42,829 nt of DNA from Neophaeotheca triangularis (lineage: Eukaryota): positions 1-42,829 of the forward strand of contig BAAIJX010000101.1 of assembly GCA_054600435.1 (NCBI GenBank), written 5' to 3'. Shown here piece by piece: positions 34,898 through 42,829 of the stretch. The notes under the pieces were generated by a model. That model was not told the DNA's origin, did not search any database, and saw nothing but the letters and a program-made list of their open reading frames with translations. Both the position numbers and the translations under genes were made by a program. Each line of letters starts with the position of its first letter. Position 1 is the stretch's first letter.

Positions 34898-36932
34898 ATG
34901 AACTCTTCTCCAGCCACGTTTCCAGCTTCCTACGGCCGCTCCTGTCAAGCTTGCTCGCAATCCAAGAGCAAATGCCTACTCCTACAGCCTAACGAGGGAA
35001 GATGCCAACGTTGCGAGCGTCTAGGTCGCGAGTGTTTGCCGTCTGTTTCGAAGCGTGCTCGTCCCTCAACTCACAACGACGAAGATGGTCCTACAGTCGA
35101 ACCTGTGCAGGGGAAAAAGCATGCCAGGATACTACGGTATCAAGAATCGGCCAGCTATAGCACAAAGCTCGAGGCTAGAGTGACGCGGATTGAGGAATCC
35201 CTTCACCTGTCTAGAGAGAGCAGAGCAACGCCACTAGAGTTCACAGACACGCTAGTAGGATGCAATCCTCAGGCTTGTAGCGACGAGACTGTAGACCGTG
35301 CTCCAAGTCAGCGTTCACCTCTCCGTAATACCGGTCAGGAGACCTCTCCCAGTCATCTCCGAAACCTAGTGGATGATGTGCTAACCGCAGCTGGTATGGA
35401 TGTGCAGGCTGCGGAAGAGTGTCTTTCGCGCTTCAAGAAGTATCACATGCAATGGCTGCCTTTTATATTCCTTGGCCCAAGATGTTCGTCTGCGAGGCTA
35501 CAAACAGAGCGTCCGATACTATGGCTGAGTATAATGGCCACTTGCTCCAAGAAGCGCTCCGAAACCAATAGACTTGACCTTGTATTCCGGTAGACTATCG
35601 CCGAAAAGATGGTGATCCAGTCTGAGAAGTCCGTTGATCTTTTGCTGGGACTACTTACCTTCATTGCTTGGTACGCTTTCGTCCATTACGGCGGTCGTCC
35701 ATCAGATACTTGGGCTGATCACTCTTCAGGTATCACGTTCGGTCAGAGACAAGAAGCGGCACCATTAAGCTTTCTCTATCACTGCTGACGCAGATAGCGA
35801 TATCGCTCTATTTTGACCTGAGCAGGCCCGTACAGCTCCGCTTACCACGGGTTGTACGGGACCATGTCAACAAGCATCTACCTAAGCAGAAAGCTTCTAG
35901 GAGGAGTACACTAACCACAGAGGAAAGACGAGCTTTTCTTGCATGTTACCTCATTACATCGACGTACGTAGCTTCTCCGAAGAATAGACGTGACCCTTTC
36001 ACTCAGCTAACGCCCTAGAAGCATGTCCGCCGACCTAGAGCACATGAACCCGCTACCCTAGTCAAAGCAACTCAACGAGACACTCGAAGACCTACAGAAT
36101 CAGCCCGAGTGGTCCGGTGACCTCAATCTGTGGCAACAAGTACGCATGCAGCTCATCCGGTCTAGCCTTACTCCCGAGATCCATAGCAATACAGACGCTG
36201 CGGACCACGTTTCGACTCCCCCAAGATTCTATGTCCGCTCTCTCGAGAACTAACTGCACCAGACATATGCCTCCTGTTCCCCTGAGCTCTAGCAAAACGG
36301 TACAGCCGACCCGTAGCCCTTTACACGAATGACCACTGACAACTTTACTAGCGCACATCCGCCTCCAAAACCAAGCCATCAAGCTCTCCATCGCCGAAAA
36401 CGCCCTCTCGCACTGCACCACCGAACCCCAATCCCCCCTAATCCAACAAACCCTCCGATACACCTGCCTCTCGGCCTCAAAATCCTGGTTCGACATCTTC
36501 TTCTCCATCTCCCCCACCGAATACTTGGGTTTCCCTTTCAGCATCTCCGCCCAAGCTCTCCGCTGTTTCGGTACCCTAGTCTAGCTCTCCAGCCTCGAAG
36601 ATGCGAACTGGGATCGAGATCTCGTGCGCGCCGAGATCGACGTAATGCAGTTGCTTGATACGATGGTTGAGAACTTGGCGCAAACGATCGCGGTTCATGG
36701 ATTGGAGGAGGCCGATATCATCGCGAGGCACTGCCAGTTTTATCGTTCGCTGAAGGGGCCTCTTAGTGCGATGTTAGAGGGTGGTCGGGATACGATTTCC
36801 AGTGAGGCGGCCGGCTTTGAAGAGGAGTTGCCACCTAGTGGCTTTCTGCCTGCGACGACTGGGCAAGATGGCTTTGATGTGGGTAACTTCTTCAACTCGG
36901 ATATCTTCGACAACGAGTGGCTGTTGGGCTAG
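34898..36932 (+). pseudogene. Zn(II)2Cys6 transcription factor pseudogene (RIP-inactivated); introns ~35671-35729, 35964-36018, 36300-36351
   Basis: Binuclear cluster CQACSQSKSKC..CQRCERLGREC, and C-terminal motifs DLLLGLL, TEERRAFLACYLITS and CLSASKSWFDIF. The spliced frame is broken by five stops (35591 TAG, 36059 TAG, 36251 TAA, 36290 TAG, 36582 TAG), each one transition from CAG/CAA/TGG. Confidence 0.9.
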
Positions 36933-37131
36933 CACTGCACTGATGAGCAACAACAAGAGTGATGGCGCCTAACGCAGATACATCATTGCATTCCTGTAGT
37001 TACCTAGCAACATGGGTTAGGGTCACAGAAGACCTGAGCGTAACACGCTCCGTACTAGACTCAATTTACTTGGGAAATCGCGCGCAATGTGCTTTGGAGT
37101 ATCGTCGAATCTATCCATCTAGATGTACCCG

Positions 37132-40100
37132 CTATGCTACAGTGTCACACGCCTTGTCATGGTCCACCACCTCGTCTTCAACATCGGTCGGCAGTGTCTG
37201 CGATCCCTCATCCCCACTACCTTTTCCATACATTGACTCATCCGTGCTTTCGGCAGCGCTATCTCCGGCTTTCAAGGCCCTTTCTGCTGCCAACGTGGCT
37301 GCGGCATCTGCCACGAGCTCCTCTGCCGAGGGACCTCCGAGGATCTTGAGGACGGCAATGTCGACACCGACATCTTGTTTGAACCAGCTGCGGATCTCGA
37401 CTACAACCAGAGAATCCACCCCAAGGTCAACGAGCGGCGTTATCGCAAGGAGGGTGTCCTCGCCCGTCATCATGCTAGCCTTCAGCTTTTTCACGAAGGC
37501 TTCGTGGAGTATAGACGTCAGCGCTTCTTCGCTGTCGGCCGCTTCCAAAAGCTGCTTGATCGGTACTGCTGCAGCTTTGGTCGAGCTGGGCAAAGCAGTC
37601 CCAAGCCTGTGTACGAAGTGGCCGAATCGTACGTTGCGGCCCCACAGCGCTTCTTCTACTTCGGATGGCGTCACAGTTTTGATGCCTGAGATGATTTCGG
37701 GACTTGCGTCCGACTCAGGCCGTCCGTTGATGATGGCTTCAGCGAACAGCTGATAGAGATCAGGCTCGGACATGACGATAGTGCCGGACTTGTTCATCAA
37801 CCGCACCGCCTGCTCTCGACTGAGTTGGCTTTGCAGCTTCATCTCTCGCTCGATGTAGCCCACGCCGAACACCTACGAGATGTCGATTGTCGACCCGGCG
37901 AGCCCATCCCTGCGACGCTGGGTGATAAGCGCTTTCATGTAACTATTCGCCGCAGCGTATGCCATCTAACCCATGTTGCCTACGGTGGCGCTGATGGATG
38001 AGAACGCAATGAACCAGTCAAGGGTATTGGTTGCAAAGAGCTCGTATATGTGCTCGGTCCCTTCGACCTTACCAAGAGTATTGGCGTGGAAGGTGTCGAG
38101 ATCCATGTTGACTAGACCTTTATCGCGGAGGACTAGAGCACCGTTGGCGACGCCTGCAATCGGCGGCATGTTGCTCGCGCTTATCTGGTTGAAGATAGCA
38201 TGAACGTCACCTCGCTAACTGATATCGCCTTTCATGTAGAGGACCTCTACGCCCTGAGAACGGTGATCTTCTAACCACCTTTCGTCGACTTTGGGATTTC
38301 GACTAGTCAAGACAACGTGGCGTGCACTATGGGCGACCATGAAGTCGGTAATAGAGCGTCCCATATCGCCAGCAAGTCCGATCAGCCAGTAAGTCTTGTC
38401 ATAGGAGAACAGGTCTTTCCGATTGGTGACTGGCTCTACGCGAGCAGGAATCGGCGCGGCATTGCGCTAGTTGACGATGCTGATGGGATGGATGTAATCG
38501 TTCGAGCTAGCCACTTCGTCGACAGAGATCGTTCGTAGCGGCATGCCTTCAGGGACGCCGTTTAGCTACGTCACTGTAAAAGCATTGGCGCTCAGAAGTA
38601 AGTCTTACACGGAGGAACCTTCCTCATCACAACATGCGTCCGCTTAGGTAGCCATCAGCAAGGTTGCATCGTATCTCCTACAGTGAGAATTCATCATGGT
38701 AGCGATTCGAGCACCTAGGCGCTCGGTGCTAGCGACACGCGAGTCGGCAGACAGATCGATGTATATATACACGTCTGGAGGTATCGTTGCTGCTAGATGA
38801 CGATCCGCAATGCGCGGGTGCACATAGGTCCAGTTCCGTCTTTTAGTACCTTTAGCTGATGTCAGGAAAGTGACCGGAGATCCTTACTCGCTCAATTCGC
38901 GCGAAAGTAGCGATGCCAGTCCAGGATCCGCTTCGTACATGAGACATCTTCTTCCCATGGGTATAACCGAGGCGATTTGTTTGCTCATGAGATAGCCTGA
39001 CAGGAAGGACAAATACTGCGCATCGATATTGCGCCTAGTTTCAACAGGTACTGACCATTGCGTAGGAACCCGGATGGCTGACGCATTCTTGGTTGCGACA
39101 GCGAGGGCGTGCTCTCCGGAGTCCAAGTCTGTACCTAGACTGAAGAAGAAGGTGTTGCTGTAGATCGTCAATGCGGAAAGAATAGAAGCGTCGACTTGGA
39201 TCCTGCGAGATCCAGCGCTTGGTTCAAGCTTTGGCGAGTCCTCCTCTAGAGCATAGTACTTCCCACCGTCGCAATGAAGCGTGATGATGTTGTTGTTGAG
39301 ATCGAGACTCTTGACGATTTCGCGCTTAGCTGAGTTGTAGCGATTGTTCTGTGCCGGCTCCGGGAACAACCGGGGAATGAAGGCCTGCTTGCGCACTCTG
39401 ACTTCAGGCTCGGTAGTCTATAGCATCTTGTCCGCGACACCAGTTTTTCGCATGGAGCTCGTTATGTCAAGGCGTAAGAGGCGCTACGCCAAATCAACCG
39501 CATCGAGATCGTGAGGCTTAGGAACATCAAGGAACTAGATAGACGCCTCCGGCAACTCGTAAACTAGGCAGCGGAAGAAGCCGTAGGTCATGGCGCCGTC
39601 TGGATTTTCGTAGTCAGAACCGTAGGAAACCCAGAGCAGGGATCTGGCGGCTAACAGAACGGTTTTGAATCTTGAAAATCTCTCCGCCGTAATATTCTTC
39701 TAGAAAGGCGCATCGCAATCGCTGAGGCAAAGGATGCTGCAGCTCTTCGGTAATCCTTCGACAGTAAGAGCTTCCCGGGAGATTGAGTGCACGACACCTT
39801 TATAGTGAGGTGCAAGGATATCTTTGAGCCGATGCGCGGCACTATTGGTCGTGTCAGATGTTCCGCTAATGATAACAAGCTCTATATAGGTCGCTTTGTC
39901 GTCACGTGGTGTGGACAAGGGCTGTCGTAAACGAAGGTAGTCTTGGTCGACGGCCTGGGAAGCGATTATGCAAGCCGGCATCACTAGAGGATCCAGAACG
40001 GGAGTCGAGGTTTCGACACCTGCAAACCCAGCTTTATGTAAGGACTCATTCCACTATGGAAGTGTAGCGGCAGGGCTGTGTTTTCTACCTTCCTCGCGGC

Positions 40101-42591
40101 CGATCCACTACCTAGGTAGACCACCGAAAACAAGTCCCATGCCTGTTAAGATGAGATGAGCTAGTGTTCCTCGTTTTGATGGCCCGAAGACTGTGACTTA
40201 CGCATCGGACTTATGTCAGTAAATTCTATCATGACCAAGTATCCTCCGGGCTTGAGCAGACGTCGCACGTTCTTGAGCGTCGCGACCAGGTCGGGAGTGG
40301 TATGGAGCACGTTCGCCGCAAGAACAAGGTCGTAAGCATGGTCATCGAAGCCTTGCGTACTCGGGAGCTCGTTGATGTCTAGAGTCCTGAACATTATGCG
40401 GTCCTTTGTAGAGGAGAATGCCTCTTGCGCTTTCGGGAAAAAGCCGCTCGAGATGTCAGTATAGGTATAAGAGGAAAAAGCGGTCCCAAGGTTGTCGATG
40501 ATGCCTCTTGTAGCGCCTCCTGTTCTAGCGCCAATCTCGCAGATTTCCATGTAGGGGTAGCGATGCGCTATCTACGAAACCATCCTCGACATGAGTCGAT
40601 TGAGTTCGACGAAACCGAGGGCGTTCTTGTAATAATTGTCAAGCTTGTCGCCCCTGGTCATGTGCTCAAGGATGGTCGTCTCTCCACGGACCACTGCAGG
40701 TAGGGCTTCGCTAGAAGCTTGTGTAAGAACGAAATCAGCGTCCCTTGGGCCATACCTGAAACGATTGTCAGTCTGGACTATTTCCCTCAGCATACGTTGG
40801 CGACTTACCTTTCAGCAATAGCAGAGATGATTTCGTGATCATCATCGTTCCACTATGCCTTCACGTAGGCGTGTTCGCCTCTCTCCACTTGTCCGTAGAT
40901 GTGATCGGCATATTCTAGCAACGCAGCGTGATGTTCTGGTAGCGTCATGGACGTTCGCTCATTCGGAGGAAAAGCCTCTCGCAGCGTTCGGAGGTAGTAG
41001 TAGGCTACCCTCTCCACATCATACGCCTTTTCGATTTCCCATGCTGTTACACGCCGGTTGCCCAGCGCGACTTCACTATGGGGACTATCGACGTCCCAAA
41101 CATTCTTAGCGAACAACAATCGGTCGTCCGCTTCGGTCGCGGCGGAGAAAGGTATAAAGGCGACTCCCTCGACGCTAATAGACTTGTAGCCAGAGTCGCT
41201 CTAGAAGACTTCAACGTCGCCCGTGAGTCTGTTATAAGCCACGTCTATGACTACACAATCAAAGTGCACATCTGGCGTCATGTTAGCGCCGACGAGACTC
41301 GGTACAATTGTGACGCGGCGGATTGTCGAAGGCGCATGGAGAGACCAGAGTCAGCTATCTCCCGGAGAGCTGAAACCGCATAGCATGCCCTGAAGAGCGG
41401 CGTCGAGCATGCCGGGGTGGAACAAGAGGCTTGTTCCAGTTTCGTCGTTGGTAGGACCTCGTATAGTACTGCTCGAACACCCAAGCTTGCGCTCTAGCTT
41501 GTTGATCCCACGAAAAGTAGGGCCGTAATTGTAGCCGATCTTGTCGACCTCGTTGCAGGGGTGCCTGTACCATGAGCCTCGAAATACTGGCATCAATCTT
41601 CGGGCGAAGTCAAGTCAAGGCTAGCTCTCGCATAGGTGTCTCGAATAAGCGCGGCTTGCGACACAGCGCTAGGCATTGTAATGCCTTTGGTTTTGCCATC
41701 TTGGTTCACGCCAGTCTCGCGGATCACGCACTCAACCCGGTCACCGTCGGCAATAGCGTGGCTTAAAGGTTTGAGTAAGAGCGCAGCGACACCTTCACCA
41801 CGTGCATATCCATCAGCGCATTCGTCCCACATACGGCAGCGACCGGTGGGCGAGAGCATACTGAGCTTGGATTCGGAGATGTATCCTAGCGGAGAGAGGA
41901 GTAAGTTAGTACCTGCTGCTACAGCCACCTTTGCCGTTCCTACACGTAGAGCCTAGACGGCTTGGTGAACCGCGACTAAGCTTGAAGAACAAGCCGTATC
42001 GATCGTCATAGAGGGGCCGTGCTAGTCGAAGAAGTACGACAGGCGAGCAGAAGCATTGCTGTTCGCGATCCCCATCGAGTTGTAGGTCGGCACGTGGTTG
42101 AAGTCCTGAGCGTGCAGGATGTAGTAGTCGCTACACATGACACCCACGAAAGCGGCGGCGTTTGAGCCGCGCAGGTCTGAGATCGTTATGTTGCCGGCTT
42201 CCATGGCCTCAAAGACGGTCTCTAGAAGCAGTCGGTATTGTGGATCTATTGCGGCCGCCTCTAGGGCACAGACAGTCAGCTAACCTTGGTCATGTACACC
42301 ATAGTAGTGCGAACACTTACCGCCTAGGGGGATACCAAAAAAAGCCGCGTCAAACTGCCGGACATCCTCTTCGAGAAAGTAAGTCTCTTTGACGTTACAA
42401 GTCCCGTGGTGGCTCCCATCCTTATGATAGAAGCGGTCGAGGTTGAAGCGATCCTTTAGGATTTCTTTGGCTACCTCGTGTGGCGATTCCAGTAGATCCC
42501 AAAGTTTGGACGGCGAACTAGCTCCTCCTAGGAAACGACAACCGGTACCAATGATGGCAATGGGCTCGTTAGGCTGCTAACTAGTCGCCAT
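37132..42591 (-). pseudogene. Highly reducing iterative type I PKS pseudogene (LovB/PKS-NRPS clade): KS(truncated)-[AT deleted]-DH(C-half)-cMT-ER0-KR-ACP
   Basis: [59 protein letters not shown]. cMT: EIGARTGG, YTYTDIS, LLKPGG. KR: KTYWLIGLAGDMG, YAAAN. ACP: DLGVDSL. At least 15 in-frame stops of RIP type. Introns ~42261-42320, 40756-40808, 40143-40201. Confidence 0.95.
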
Positions 42592-42708
42592 CGTGGAGGG
42601 TTCTGCGGTAGTACGGGAAGAATAACGGCGGGAAGTCGTGTTGGGTAATAGAGAAAGGAGTTCTTGCTAATAGAGTGAGCATGATATACTATATAACACC
42701 TCCGGTTG

Positions 42709-42829
42709 AGGGTTAGGGTTAGGGTTAGGGTTAGGGTTAGGGTTAGGGTTAGGGTTAGGGTTAGGGTTAGGGTTAGGGTTAGGGTTAGGGTTAGGGTTAG
42801 GGTTAGGGTTAGGGTTAGGGTTAGGGTTA
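42709..42829 (+). repeat. Telomere, (TTAGGG)n, right chromosome end
   Basis: 19 perfect TTAGGG units plus TTA from 42713 to the end of the sequence, G-rich strand pointing outward, preceded by a degenerate GGTTGAGGG. Confidence 0.99.

Noticed and set aside
36959..37753. Long antisense ORFs (also 5093-5758, 12570-13409, 27884-28807)
   Set aside because: They are shadow frames of GC-rich, codon-biased genes on the opposite strand and have no independent protein features.
35591..42579. In-frame TAG codons as stop-codon recoding, readthrough or A-to-I editing targets
   Set aside because: Stops include TAA and TGA, mostly replace Gln, and co-occur with a frameshifting deletion and damaging missense changes. 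Intact genes in the window use TAG as a normal stop.

Overview
Eukaryotic, intron-containing DNA from a filamentous ascomycete (gene style suggests a Dothideomycete; this is inference), ending in a chromosome end: a (TTAGGG)n telomere array at about 42709-42829. Bases ~1.6-34.1 kb are an ordinary intact gene neighbourhood. It contains an HSL-family alpha/beta-hydrolase, RPL3, a low-complexity hypothetical protein, RRP12, a SUS1/ENY2-like gene, a tail-to-tail pair of paralogous small secreted proteins, an MFS transporter (anion:cation symporter family), a fungal ADAM metalloprotease, acetyl-CoA synthetase and a WDR62/MAPKBP1-like WD40 protein. The terminal ~8 kb is a dead secondary-metabolite cluster fragment. 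It holds a Zn(II)2Cys6 transcription-factor pseudogene and a LovB/PKS-NRPS-clade reducing PKS pseudogene. Both carry RIP-type (mostly CpA->TpA) nonsense codons. The PKS also has a large internal deletion fusing the KS to the C-terminal DH half, and the telomere sits only ~115 bp upstream of its ATG. The best reading is a RIP-killed, telomere-capped cluster relic. No clearly new biological system can be proven from sequence alone. Exon models were derived by hand from GT/AG and branch-site signals plus frame continuity.
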